In this document: in pieces, positions 12,500 through 24,765 of the stretch
Position numbering within the stretch: the stretch's first letter is position 1
How the letters are laid out: each line of letters opens with the position of its first letter
Assembly (NCBI RefSeq): GCF_001194135.2
Contig: NC_068984.1
Span: 25,314,834 to 25,378,833 of the forward strand
Origin: Octopus bimaculoides
Taxonomy: Eukaryota
Direction of reading: 5' to 3'
DNA: 64,000 bases
Position numbers and translations under genes: made by a program
Notes under the pieces: model-generated
What the model was told of the DNA's origin: nothing
The model's input: the letters and a program-made list of their open reading frames with translations, nothing else
Databases searched by the model: none

Positions 12500-15400
12500 A
12501 CTTCTTTAAACTTGATCAGTAGTTCCTAAAGTGAAGTCGTGTTAATTTCATTACCGAACACTTCGTGTCAACAAAATGGATTTGGCCAGTGCAAGCTGGG
12601 ACTGTCTAGTGTTGACACACGCACACACAAAACATCACGGGAAATAGGTTAAGAGCACTTGTCAAAGGATCATGACAGCAATATTTACATGGGAATATTT
12701 GGATACGAATATATCATCATGTGTTACAAATGCGCTTTGGAAAGGCATGAATATCAGAGCTAAGAAATCCCCGGTAACGGTACATTTTGTGCCTTTGCAA
12801 AGAAAAAATTATTAATAGGAAAATAATACGAAAACTATGTAAAATTATAGACATGAAACAAAAACTAGAAACTTAATGAACATTCAGTATAAGAAACAAA
12901 AAGTATGTGTGAATATATATAGAAAGAGTATGTGTTAGAAACTGGGAGTCTAAGAATTAAAATCTAGGCACCATTTTGATGCATGCAGTCTATGTAACAA
13001 GACTGTTTTTGCTTTTATGCTATCATTAGAACTTCCTCGATTCAGTTATATTTGAGACTGAACATCAGCAAATAATTCAAGATAAGAGGGCAAAGAGATG
13101 AAATGTAAAAGAGGAGAGAAAGAAAAAGGGATGAGTGCTCCCTAAAGCACATCGAAACATCTTCCAAAACAGAAAGAGAAAGGGAGAGAGAAATGGGTAA
13201 TTGATGTATGTCATTAAAACTATAAAATCAAATCCAGTTATTAGATATAGCTTTACTCAACCTTTATATGTTGTGTATTTCTTTTAAAAATAGTTTCGTA
13301 AAAAAAAAAAACTGAATCCAATTAGAATAACTACTAAAATACTAACGTAAGATTACCAAAAGGTAATATTAAGTCCGAAAAGAGAGACATGAAGCGAGAT
13401 CGTAATAAGACCAGACGTAAACATTCTCAACACATGAGAAGAAAGATAAGTGACATGCCACGCTATCGCAAACAAGGCGTAAAGATATTGAGTATTAAAA
13501 AAAAAAAACAGAAATCAATCATCTTTAATGTCGGGCTATTGCTAAATATCACCGACATTTATAGTGTAGAATCGGGTAAATCAAGGGGTGAAATACGCTT
13601 ATGAGACGATTTCTGGAGAAGAAGAAAAATGTAACTCGGCAAATTTTTATAAAGTAATTTTTATTTAAGGACTACTGATAGTTCTTCCGTTTTTTTCTTT
13701 TTTTTCTTTCATCAACCTTATAGAGATGACTGCACGATAATTTAATTTAGATCTTCCAAGTGTAAGCCATCAATCTAAATATTGTGAAATATCTAGTAAG
13801 TAAATAGATTTAAAAAAGAAAAAAAAAGCAGTTATTACTTGCTACAGAAATTCATAGGAAAACATTAATTAACAGAGGAACTCTTTGTGTGTGTATGTTT
13901 CCGCTGTTACAGTTCCCCCTGAGCTACGACTACTAATCGTGAAAGAGAGAGAGAGAGAGGCCAACAATATAATCTATAGAAATATGACAGGCAGTTGTAA
14001 AAATATACAATATGTAGAAATCAGAAAAAAGTTTGTATTGTTACAATGAGTTTAATTAAAATGGTGAAAGAATAATTAAAATCAGTAGTTATTGATTAAA
14101 GATGTATATACATACCTTTTGAAGAAGTGCTTGCTTCCATCCCAAGGAATAATAAAAACAAACGTACGTAAAACAACGAATGTGTGTATATAAATATATA
14201 GTATATATCCCGCGATGAATGTTTTAAAAAAACAAATGAACACAAAAACAAACTAAATTGCGATTAATAATAGTTTTCCTTTGGTTTGTAAAATGTACCG
14301 AGTTTGTCTGTAGTGCTTGTGTGTATGAGGCTTGTCAAACAGAAGCGAAGCATGCATGATGTTAGGGTGGGTGTTTACAAGAGAGGTAATAAGGATTGGG
14401 ATAATGAACTAGCCCGGGCGAGTCTAATACAGAACAGATGCCCAGGGATGTTAGAAGGCAGTAGGACAACGTCTGCTGTGCAGCATTTTACGTGTGTTAT
14501 GTTCATGCATTTACTTTCTTTTTTATAAAATGACTAATTTTGAGAGGGAAAAATTATTTTAATAGAAAAAAAAACTCGATTCTTAAGTAATAAAATTCTA
14601 TTGACTGCGATCGTCATTCAAGACATACTTTCTCCGACAGACAGTTTCAGTAATTTTAGATGCCTTATTCCTTATTGTGCTCCAGTTTCGTTTCCCTAAG
14701 TATATATATTTTATTTCACCAAAAAATCTATGTATAATACTTTCGTCTCATTTTCCGCTTTGAGCTTATTCTTAGAGATCACTGTTTAGGTTAGGAAGTC
14801 GCTGTGATATAGCGAATTCTTGGAACCTCCACGTGGTCACTCGACTTCCTAGAAATAAGAGCCAAATTCCTCCAAATGAAACCCTACTGTCTTAAAAAAA
14901 AGTACAACTTGGACAATGTATATAGATCTACTCGACAAGAGCTGACCTACAACAAATCAACAGAGACATCTTATTGTGGACGTTTAGTTAGAATCTTTCA
15001 CTTATTTTTGTAACTAAAGCCTGCACAAACAAACATCACAATTACATATCTCTCCACACCACCACGCCACCATCCTGCCTCAAAACAATTTGAGGTATTC
15101 TATCTATGTAAGAAACAAATGTTTATTCTGCTATTGTTGAATTTTCCTTCATACTAATTAATTTCATAGACTATAATCAACAAAATACGAGTGTGACAAG
15201 TCAAAAGCAATTAAGTGTTCGGATAAAAACACGTAAATATTACGGTCACTACACTAAACTTAAGCCGTTATCAAAAGTACACAAGGTATTATGACAGTGA
15301 AATTAGTGGCGTGGGGAGGGCCAAAGTGACGGAGGTAAGGAATACGTACACCACCCGTTTTCGGCGTAACAAAAACCCTAACCACCTAGTGTACGTATTC

Positions 15401-15900
15401 TTTACTTTCGCCGCCTAGATTTAATACGAAAGGTATGAAGAACCATAGAAAACTTGAATAGCATGGTGCCTTCGTAATTATTCCAATTAGTAAACCATAC
15501 ATGAAGGAAAACAAAATATTTCTTACGCAGGCATAATCCCTATGATTTCAGAGGAAGAGAAAAATAGGAAACTGAAATACACGTTGTTCCCAAAAATATT
15601 AACGACATAAAGGGAACTGGCACAAAGTGGGTATCGAATTCACGTCCCGGACTCAACTTGCTAATAGCTTTATGTTTATCTCCCAGCTTTCATCCTAATG
15701 AACAAAACTCATTTATTTTCCCGCAATAATTATATATAGATGTCAATGTCATTAGTTTGTGTTTCTATAAAGATTCATCTACACCCCGTGTCTCTCGAGC
15801 ACTTCATAATGTTGCCAATCCTAACAAACGTGATAAAATGACAAAAGAATGCTTATAAAAATTGATATTAAGAAAATTTCTAGACTATAATATATTAACA
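12500..15900. promoter_or_regulatory. CpG-retaining, probably unmethylated promoter-like region
   Basis: CpG visibly frequent in non-repeat sequence compared with the TpG/CpA-rich flanks; judged by eye, no TSS located. Confidence 0.3.
15328..15412. repeat. Imperfect 24-bp inverted repeat with aaccctaacc in the spacer (small non-autonomous element)
   Basis: gacggaggtaaggaatacgtacac (15328-15351) pairs 20/24 with gtgtacgtattctttactttcgcc (15389-15412). Confidence 0.7.
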
Positions 15901-16810
15901 GACAGAGATAGATAGATATTTCATCAAAAGGATGGTTCACGGTGTGGAACTGAAATCAACGTTGCATAGCAGCTTTCAACGATTAAGCAATATTGCTAAA
16001 AAATAAATAAATAGAATAAAATATCTAACACAGTTTTCTCTAAGTTACATTTCATTACCATTAAACATAAATATATGCAGACAAAAATGTGTGTGTGATA
16101 CAAATAATTAATCCTTAAAGTTAATTATTCAGAGACCATTCTATGAAAATTAAGCTTAGTATTAACATATATAATGTAGTGAGCATGAAAATCTAATTAG
16201 AAACATTTAAATGAGGAAAAGACCTTAGCTCAGTGACTAATAATATTTTAATCATTTAAGCAAGTATGAGAGACAACCTAAGGGTATGTTTCATTCTTAT
16301 TAGACCTCCTCAATGGAACCTATTTTAGCATAGCTCTGAAGCAGTGATGAGAGAATCACTGAATATCACAAATACATGTATGTATGTAACAATCTAAGAC
16401 AAACCAATATGGAGATTCTATGTTCACTGGACCAGATAGATATAGCAGCCAAATTTCTTACAAATCACATTTTGCCCTCATAAAGAGGAAGTGCACATTA
16501 GGAAATGAAGTCATAGATATATAAAATGATAAGATAGTAATAATAGCTGGATTGTATAACACATCAGAAGTAAAGTCTTCTGTGAGTTCATTGGATCTGG
16601 GTGAAATTGCAGTTAAATTACCCTCAAATCTTATCACTCTTAAAAACAGAAGGGTATGGTGAATAATGTAACTCTAGAAATACTAATCTTGAAAAAGAAA
16701 TAGGGTGGTTTCAATCAGAACACCTTAGATCATATATCTGCTGAATCGAGACTGATCTAGGGCTTAGCAAAACTACTAAGGTTTATAGTCATGTCATCAT
16801 TGCCTTTTAA

Positions 16811-17419
16811 CCATTGTTATATTTCTGTTGAGTGGAGGCGCAATGGCCCAGTGGTTAGGGCAGCAGACTTGCAGTCATAGGATCGCAGTTTCGATTCCCA
16901 GACCGGGCGTTGTGAGTGTTTATTGAGCGAAAACACTTAAAGCTCCACGAGGCTCCGACAGGGGATGGTGGTGAACCCTGCTGTACTCTTCCACCACAAC
17001 TTTCTCTCACTCTTACTTCCTGTTTCTGTTGTGCCTGTAATTCAAAGGGTCAGCCTTGTCACACTGTGTCACGCTGAATATCCCCGAGAACTACGTTAAG
17101 GGTACGCGTGTCTGTGGAGTGCTCAGCCACTTGCACGTTAATTTCACGAGCAGGCTGTTCCGTTGATCGGATCAACTGGAACCCTCGACGTCATAAGCAA
17201 CGGAGTGCCAACAACAACAATATTTCTGTTGAAATACACTGCCTTTATTTCAGTTAGTCTTGAACATAATGAGAATTAAGCAAAGTAACTATAATTACTG
17301 TGTTTGGAACATATATGACCAAGAAATTTTGACAAGTGGTTTTAGTCTAGATCCTTTTAAAACAGGAAGTTTTTATCAAACGACCAAGGGCAGTCTCAGA
17401 CGGGTTCATATCAAAAGTG
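16811..17419. mobile_element. TTAA-flanked (piggyBac-type) MITE carrying a nested SINE
   Basis: ttaa at 16807-16810 and 17420-17423; body atatttctgttgaaatacactgcc...aaaacaggaag...tcaaaagtg is shared with 35519-35720. Confidence 0.55.
16832..17219 (+). mobile_element. tRNA-derived SINE family C, full length
   Basis: A box tggcccagtgg, B box gtttcgattcc, (CAA)n tail, perfect 13-bp TSD atatttctgttga (16819-16831, 17220-17232). Confidence 0.9.
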
Positions 17420-17556
17420 TTAACATCTGTTTTCCATGTCGGCATGGTCTGGACCATGTACACTGGAAAGATATCTGGCTAAAGAAAGCTTGTCTCAACA
17501 AATTCCATGTGAGCATGGAAAATGGACATTAAAACAATGTTTCTATACATATATAT

Positions 17557-17932
17557 GGGCAGGTTTGGTTGCGTGGATAAGAAGTTTGCTTCCCAACTAC
17601 ATTGTTTTGGGTTCAGTCCCAAACTTGGGAAAGTGTCTTTTACTATAGCCCCAGGCCAACCAAAGCTTTGTGAGTGGATTTGATAGACAGAAACTGAAAG
17701 AAACCTGTCGTGTGTGTGAGTGTATGTCGTGTGTGTTTGTTTGTACTCTACCACTGTTTGACAACAGGTTGGTTTGTTTATGTCCCCCATAACTTCGCAG
17801 TTCAGCAAAAAGACACCAACAAAATAAGTACCAGGCCTAGAAAAATTATTATCAGAGTTGATTTGTTCGACTAAACCCTTCAGGCCAATGCTCCAGCATG
17901 GCTGCATTCTTATGACTGAAACACGTAAAAGA
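17557..17932 (+). mobile_element. SINE family B
   Basis: gggcagg...gggttcagtccc head, internal TG repeat, 3' ctccagcatggctgc...gactgaaac...aaaaga. Confidence 0.75.
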
Positions 17933-20284
17933 TACACATTTGTGGACAAGCATTATGAAAAGGACACTGATAATTACATATATTAAACCCCCTCATAAAA
18001 ACATTTCATTCATAAAACACCCAAATATTCACAAAACCAAGCTGGTAGAGCAGTAAATTGCAAAGGAATGCAGGATAAAATGCTCAGTTATTAATATAAA
18101 ATTATGACAATGTGAAAGACATCCGGTTTTAAATAAGTATTGAATTACATTTTTCATGTATTTCTATGTAATTAGTTTATATTCTAAGAATTTTCTTGAT
18201 ATTAATTTGGAAAGTGCAACACTGGCACTAACTTTACCAAACTTAGATTCCAACAAATCTTACTGCAAAATATTTTCAGCTAAGTCATTTATTTATTTAT
18301 TTATTTATTTATTTTAAAGCAAAAGGCTTTAGATATGCTAATCCCAGACAAAATATCTTATATTTCTTTCCTGATGTTATTGTAGTTTAGTTCTAGATCA
18401 GCCATGATTGAGCAGACAAGCCTATAGTCAAAGACATACCAGCTGTGACCATCCTGCTTTTTTTCCTATGACAAAGCAGTGAGGTGGGATTTAAGGAAGA
18501 TTTGACAGCTATTTCTAGCAGATCAAACGACCTTCCAAAGGCTCCTTAATTTTCAGATGTGGAGACGGGGGATAGGGGTAGGAGTTCCTCTAACTTTATT
18601 TTATTGATTGAAAGATGTTTGATCATTAATTTTGAGGATCAAAAATGTCAAGGGTTAGATCATGATGTTAATTCAATTAGACTAAAATATTTCAGAAACT
18701 GAAAAACAATAAATATTTCCTCAATAAATGTCATCTATTGAAGAAGTAAGGAGCAAGCATTTAATTAACAAGTATGATCAGAAGCCTGTTCTAACTACTC
18801 AACAGACCTAAACAATATTTGTCAATTTAAAAAAATAAAATCAATAACAGTGAGTTTGAAGCGGAAGATAAAATAAAATTATTTCACTTCTTATCAGTCA
18901 ACAATTCAGCTGAAATGGAAAAGAAATCCTGTCCTAAGAAATGTCATCATCAGCATTTTCCATGCTTTCAGATTCAGTGAGACAGATTTTCTACGGCTGG
19001 GTGCTCTACCTATCACCAACCCTCACTTGTTTTCAGGTAGGTAAAGTAATATTTCCCCATGGCCAGACATGTTCTCACAGAATACTGGAAATGAATGACA
19101 CTGCTTGTATGACAGTGACATTCACAACTATCGTGCGATATCAAGACAATGAGACACAAGCACATACACACCTATATACACACACATACGCGCACGCACA
19201 CACACACACACACGACAGGCTTCTTTCAGTTCCAACTACCAAATCCTCTCACAAGGGTTTGGTCTGTCCAGGGCTATAACAGAAAACACTTGTCCAAGAT
19301 GCCATACAGTGGGGCCAAACCAGAAACAGTGTAGTTGGGAAATAAACTTCTTATCACACAGCCATGTGCGCACCTCATAGCTATATCCATCTAATCATCA
19401 TTATACCACCATCACTAGTCGTACTACTATTAGTACACAGGTTGTTCAAAGTCACCTTTGTATTCTTTGTAGATAAATTGAGACTAGAAAAAAAAAATCA
19501 ATGCTCAAGCTGCAATGGAGTTAATAAGAATACTAGAATGTTCACATGGATAGAATTTTTTTAAATGGTTTGAGGGCAAACATCAATGTATCTATTCTAA
19601 TACGTAAAATTACCCATCACTAACCCTAGCCACCATGTACATACAAAATAGACTGTCAGAGAAATGTTATCGAACTTGAGGAGCTCTATAACAACGAAGT
19701 AACCATGTTGGATGTGTAAATGTCAGTCTAAAAAGGATACTGAGTTGAGATGAGCTACAAAGGTATTTAGAAATAAAGAGCAAAAACAAAAAAGAAAAAA
19801 AAATTTTATTGTGTTTTGTTTTTAAGGTATTAATCACACCAGTATGTAGGTTTTTACTTAGGTATAGTTTGTAACCAAATAGCTACCTGAATAAGTACTA
19901 TTTATAAGGCAAAGAGATTAAAAGGGGGTTTGGAGAGAAAAGAAAATACGTATACACAGCAAGAAATTTTTTTTTTTTTTTTTTTTTTTTTGCTGCTCAC
20001 TAACAGAGCTTGAACATTTCCGTAGTAGATATTTAAAAAAGAAAACAAAAGATTTAGACATAGATTTAATAATGAAACTAAAAGATCAAATAAGTGCACA
20101 ACATTAACAGATATCAGCATGGTATTTTTTGAAGACTTAATATTTACTAGAACAAATATGTGTGTAATGACTACAATACAAGACTGGATTTTTCAGCATC
20201 CTTAGTTTGGTTAGGTTTTAACTTTCCTCTCCAAGGTGAATGAAATCATTACCAGTAATGTATTGGAATCAACTCTGAGTAATT

Positions 20285-20690
20285 AAAGGTGAGCTGGTAG
20301 AATCATTAGCACACAGGGCAAAATACTTAGCAGCATTTCATCTGTCTTTATGTTCTAAGTTCAAATTCTGCCAAGGTCAACTTTGCCTTTCGACCTTTCG
20401 GAATCAATAAAAATAAGTACCTGTTGAGCACAGATTGATCTAATCAACTTATTCTCTGGCCTTGTGCCAAAATTTGAAACCAATATTTAAGGTGGCAAGT
20501 TGGCAGAATCATTAGCATATCAGACAAAATGCTTAAAAGCATTTCTTCTAGCTCATAACGTTCTGAGTTCAAATTCTGCCAAAGTCAATTTTGCTTTTCA
20601 TCCCTTTCGGGATCAATGAAATAAAATACTAGTCAAGTACTGAGGTAAATGTAATTGATTTCTCCCTTTCCCACGAAAATTGCTACAACA
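20285..20690 (+). mobile_element. Two tandem decayed SINE family A copies
   Basis: aaggtgagctggtagaatcattagc... and aaggtggcaagttggcagaatcattagc..., each with a gttcaaattctgcc B-box-like motif. Confidence 0.7.
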
Positions 20691-20915
20691 GACCAGCATC
20701 CCATTCAGGGGGAAAGTTTTGATCTCAGTGAAATATTCACCATGGAAACTAGGTAATGAATCTTGAGTCCTAGGACTCATGAAAAAATTTAAAAGACAAA
20801 AAAACTAATGTTTACAATTAATAAGAAAAGAAACTAATTTATTTTCAATATTTTACAATGCAACCATATGAGTTACTTTCAAAAATTAAATATCCACATT
20901 AATTTTTCAAATATA

Positions 20916-21360
20916 TGAGGGAGAGTCAAAAACTATACACACTATCGTTTTTTCAATGTATTTACACAAAAGCAGGGGATAAACAAGTACATCATTTTTC
21001 TATATAGTCTCCTTCCTTTTCAATGCACTTGGTCCAATGGTCCACAACCTTGTGTATTCCCTCCAAGAATAAGGTTTTCAGTTGGTCATGCAACCATTTA
21101 TGCACTGCTTTCTTCACATCTTCACTCTTAAGAGATCGATGACCTCATAAACCATCTTTGAGCGGTCCAAAGATTTGATAGTCAGAAGGGTGAGATCTAG
21201 GCTGTAGGCAGGGTGTTCCAGTACCTCAAAAACCAATTTGTTAATGGTTTCAACAGTCTGGGTGGCCGTGTGTGCAAGTGCATTGTCATGCAACAACAAA
21301 ACTTTCTTCGACAATAGGCTTCAGTATTTGGTTCGAATTGCTGGCTTCAGTTTGTTGGTT
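20916..21360 (-). mobile_element. Mariner (DD34D) transposon relic: transposase C-terminus plus one TIR
   Basis: Minus: KVLLLHDNALAHTATQTVETINKLVFEVLEHPAYSLDL, frameshift, PSDYQIFGPLKDGL*GHRSLKSEDVKKAVHKWLHDQ...HWTKCIE. Matches mariner HDNA and HPPYSPDLAPSDY motifs. End ta|tgagggagagtcaaaaa is TIR-like. Confidence 0.85.
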
Positions 21361-21819
21361 CTTATCTTGACATCATGTAATAGATATGAGTATTATAACC
21401 ATATAAGCAGTGTCCTTCATTTCAAATTTTCTTTATAAACATGTGCAGCAACAGGGAAACAGGTAAGAGCATCAGGCCACAGAAAACCTGCCTCAACAAA
21501 TTCTATCTGACCCATGCAAACAGAAAAGTGGGCATAAAAACAATTATGATGATAATGATGGATGATGATGGCAACAACTGGAGTAAAGAAAAGTAGACAT
21601 TTGATAGTGCAAAACACAATGTCTCACACACCATTTTAAATCCTGCCAAAGCCAAATTTGGTTTACATCTCGCAGGATCAAATAAAATACCTGCCAGAAA
21701 TTTATGGTGGGGTCAAAACCAATGAACTATATCTCTTCCTTTGGTCATAAAAAATTCCTTGCACTAAATAAAGAAATCAATATTGATCACAACCAAACTA
21801 TAAACACCATTGTTTTTAA

Positions 21820-22036
21820 CCCTTTGGCTTCCAGGTTATTGTCAAATGTAATATTCGTTTATTCACAGTGTTTTTAATTACTCGTGTATTATCTTGTAGC
21901 TTTGAGAATTTCATGATCAATTGCTTATTTTTAGAAGGACATTGTAAGATATGTGTGAGAGGCTGTTTCTGGCTGGTTTGAATATAGAACAGGAAGAATA
22001 TTTTGGCTGGATATAGCCGGTTTAAATGCTAAAGGG
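21820..22036. mobile_element. TTAA-flanked (piggyBac-type) MITE
   Basis: ttaa|ccctttg...ctaaaggg|ttaa; reverse-oriented relative at 61861-62081. Confidence 0.8.
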
Positions 22037-23304
22037 TTAAATACATGAACATCATTACAAGCAAACTAACCTGGCACTATGTCACCTTGGCACATACCTA
22101 GAGGGACTATGGTTGTTTGACCCCAAATCAACTGTAGTTGAACAGACTTCTGATCAAAGGCATTTCAACCAGAGTTATCCTGTTTTGTTTGCATATCTAA
22201 GAATAAATTGGCTAATATGTCCATCCTCTTTTTTTTCTTTTTAGATGGTAGGGTAGATAAATATGATTAGTTATAATATCACGACTAATGAGCACATTCT
22301 TTATTAATGAGAAGAGGAACAGAATTTGCATCCATCTCATTATTCTTTCTTTGCCATAGTACTGGACAAGTTTAGAATGTTTAAAACATCTCAATTCAAT
22401 TAAATATGACAATTTATCTCCCCAATCGTTACATCACTGCTCAATGAGTAACACTTGTAGGGGGTATGATGAGGGAATTTGGCTGTTATTTCTAACAAAA
22501 CCAAGTAACCACATAGTGGCTCCCCAATTAGCTCAGTTGAGAGAATATTAGACTGAAGAGTGACTGTGATACTAATAGATGCATATGTCAGCCAAATCAT
22601 TCCCATGTGCTAATTAAATACAGGAATTCAACAACTTGGATACACAAACTAGGATAATTACATTCCCACACAACTCGTTTCAGAATATTAAAAAAAAAAC
22701 TATTTTCCTTACATTTTTTATTTGGTCTTTCTATAATTCAACTAATTTAAATTTTAATATTTAGGACAGTTCTTTTCTGCAGCCAGATGCTCACTTTTCT
22801 AACAAGACACTACCATAATGAACTAGGATTCACATTTTGTTTTCAGCTGGACAGAGTAGGAGAAGCCAGTTAAGGTAACATATGTGAAGGTGAGCAACAA
22901 AATAACTGTAGTCAATTTTGGTCTCCTGGTGGAACCCAGCTACTGAACTTCACAGCATTTGTGCCTTTATATGTTTCAAACATACACAAAATATATAAAG
23001 AAAGCCTCGCAAGCTCTTGTTTTTCACAAGTATATTCCATTTTCAAAGTCAAAAGTAATAGGAAAATAACAAAAAAGAATATATAAAGGAAAGAAAACTG
23101 TCTACATATCTGTACATATATATACACATACATAACAAAAGAGATAATCCCAGAGGAGTGAGATTAATTTTAGTTTGCATCACAGGGGATGGGCAAAACT
23201 AAGCTTACACATTCCATTGCAGGTAACTTGACAGATCAAGTATTAAACAGTAGTGGTGGCAGTGAATGTAGTAGCAGTTGAAGTATTTGTTGTGATAATA
23301 GTAG

Positions 23305-23660
23305 CAACTACTAATATATTCAGTAAATATAATATGGTTACAGAAAAATAGCTTAATGTAAATACAAAATTCATAAATTATCTTTGTCCTGAAATTGCAA
23401 GACAGAAAAATCTGTCAATATTGCCATGCTCAATTAACAGGCTTCACTGTTTAATTTGATCTGAACTTAATGATATATATATATATAACCATCTTTCTGT
23501 AAGCATTTGTAATATGGTTAAAGAGATGGCTTAATGAAAATAAAATGAAATGTTAAAAAATTATTCATATCCCAAGATTAAAAGACAGAAAATTTCTAAG
23601 AACTGTCATGCTTAAATGAGCAGTCTTCACTGTTTGTCTTGATCTGAACTAAATAACATA
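23305..23660. repeat. Two tandem copies of a diverged ~180-bp unit
   Basis: aatatggtta at 23331 and 23511; gacagaaaa, cttcactgttt and atctgaact (23459, 23642) shared. Confidence 0.85.
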
Positions 23661-23663
23661 AAC

Positions 23664-24593
23664 AACAAGAGCACTCAGAGAGTGCAAACCTCCACCAAGG
23701 CAATATCAACGTCCTCCTAACAATTAGCCAGAAATGATTTTTAAAATGAGACTATCTGAAATAAACTTGACTGCTCTCACAAACGAGAATACTAAAAATG
23801 AACCCGACCGCTCTCAAAGATTAAGTAAAAAAAAAACAGAAAAATAATCCAGAGTCTTTGTCCAGTACCTCATCGATCCCAATGGTAGTCATGGAATGTG
23901 AAGGTGGCTGTAGAAAATTTAGTGACAGTAATAAATAGTTTATCCTTATCTAATACAGTCCAAAGTTAATAAATTCACCATTCAAAATAGTTTCAAAGGC
24001 GGAGGTAATAATAATAAGTTCTACTTAGGAATTTTTAAATGAATAGCATGAGACCTTTTGGTTTTCTCTTAAATTCCAGCCTTCCTTTAGTATTCCTGTT
24101 GTTTTAGATCGATGTTTAGAAGTATGTATATATGTAAGTATAATGTAGTGTTAATATGTATGTATAATATATATATTATAAAAATATGTTAGTGTTATTT
24201 AATTTCTGAATGGTTTTGCTGCCATTTGTTTATGTAGTTTGATTTCTTTATCCATCAGTTTCTACTAAGATAGAGATGTGAGTAAAATTAATAATAGAGA
24301 AATAAAAATAAAACTTTGGAAACAACCTAAAGGGAGATAACTGAGAAAGACTTGAAAGTCAACGTAAGATCATAATCATGCAAAGTAAAGTAAATATAAC
24401 AAATAATCCAGAATCCTTGTCAGGTACCGGATCAATACCAAAATCTAATCAGTTCGTGCCAGCCATGAGGCCAAACATCCCTGAAAGTTTCATCTGTGTC
24501 CATCCAGCAGTTCTTGAGATATCTTGTCCACAGACAAACAAACAAATACAACTGAAAACAATACCTCAGCTTTTGCCAAGGTAGAGGTAATAA
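23664..24593 (+). mobile_element. Helentron/HINE-like non-autonomous element
   Basis: Starts aacaagagcactcagagagtgcaaacctccaccaaggc; ends with hairpin tacctc...gaggta then ataa; contains caaaatctaatcagttc and gacaaacaaacaaa. Family assignment is recalled. Confidence 0.5.
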
Positions 24594-24596
24594 CAG

Positions 24597-24765
24597 AGTA
24601 AAGCATCTCTGTAACCATATGCAATTTCGTTACAGTAACGGTTTAATGAAAATAAAAATAAACATTTTTTTAAAAATTTGTATCCTTAGATTGAAAGACA
24701 GAAAATTTCTAAATACTGATATGCTTTAATGAACAGTCTTCATTGTTTAATTTTATCTGAACTTT
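24597..24765. repeat. Third copy of the ~180-bp unit
   Basis: tttaatgaaaataaaa, gaaagacagaaaatttctaa, aacagtcttcattgttt, atctgaact (24755). Confidence 0.85.

Noticed and set aside
12565-12618. Hairpin gtgtcaaca...tgttgacac as a pre-miRNA
   Set aside because: Only a 9-bp outer stem with a large internal loop and no basal extension.
13389-13604. Basic 71-aa ORF
   Set aside because: Composition is explained by A-rich DNA and a poly-A run; no motif.
16832-16910. tRNA-like sequence
   Set aside because: It is the head of a SINE with body, tail and TSD; no complete cloverleaf.
23305-24765. CRISPR-like or iron-responsive-element reading of the 180-bp units
   Set aside because: Eukaryotic DNA; the whole unit is homologous, with no unique spacers. 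The CAGTGA on the minus strand lacks the IRE stem.
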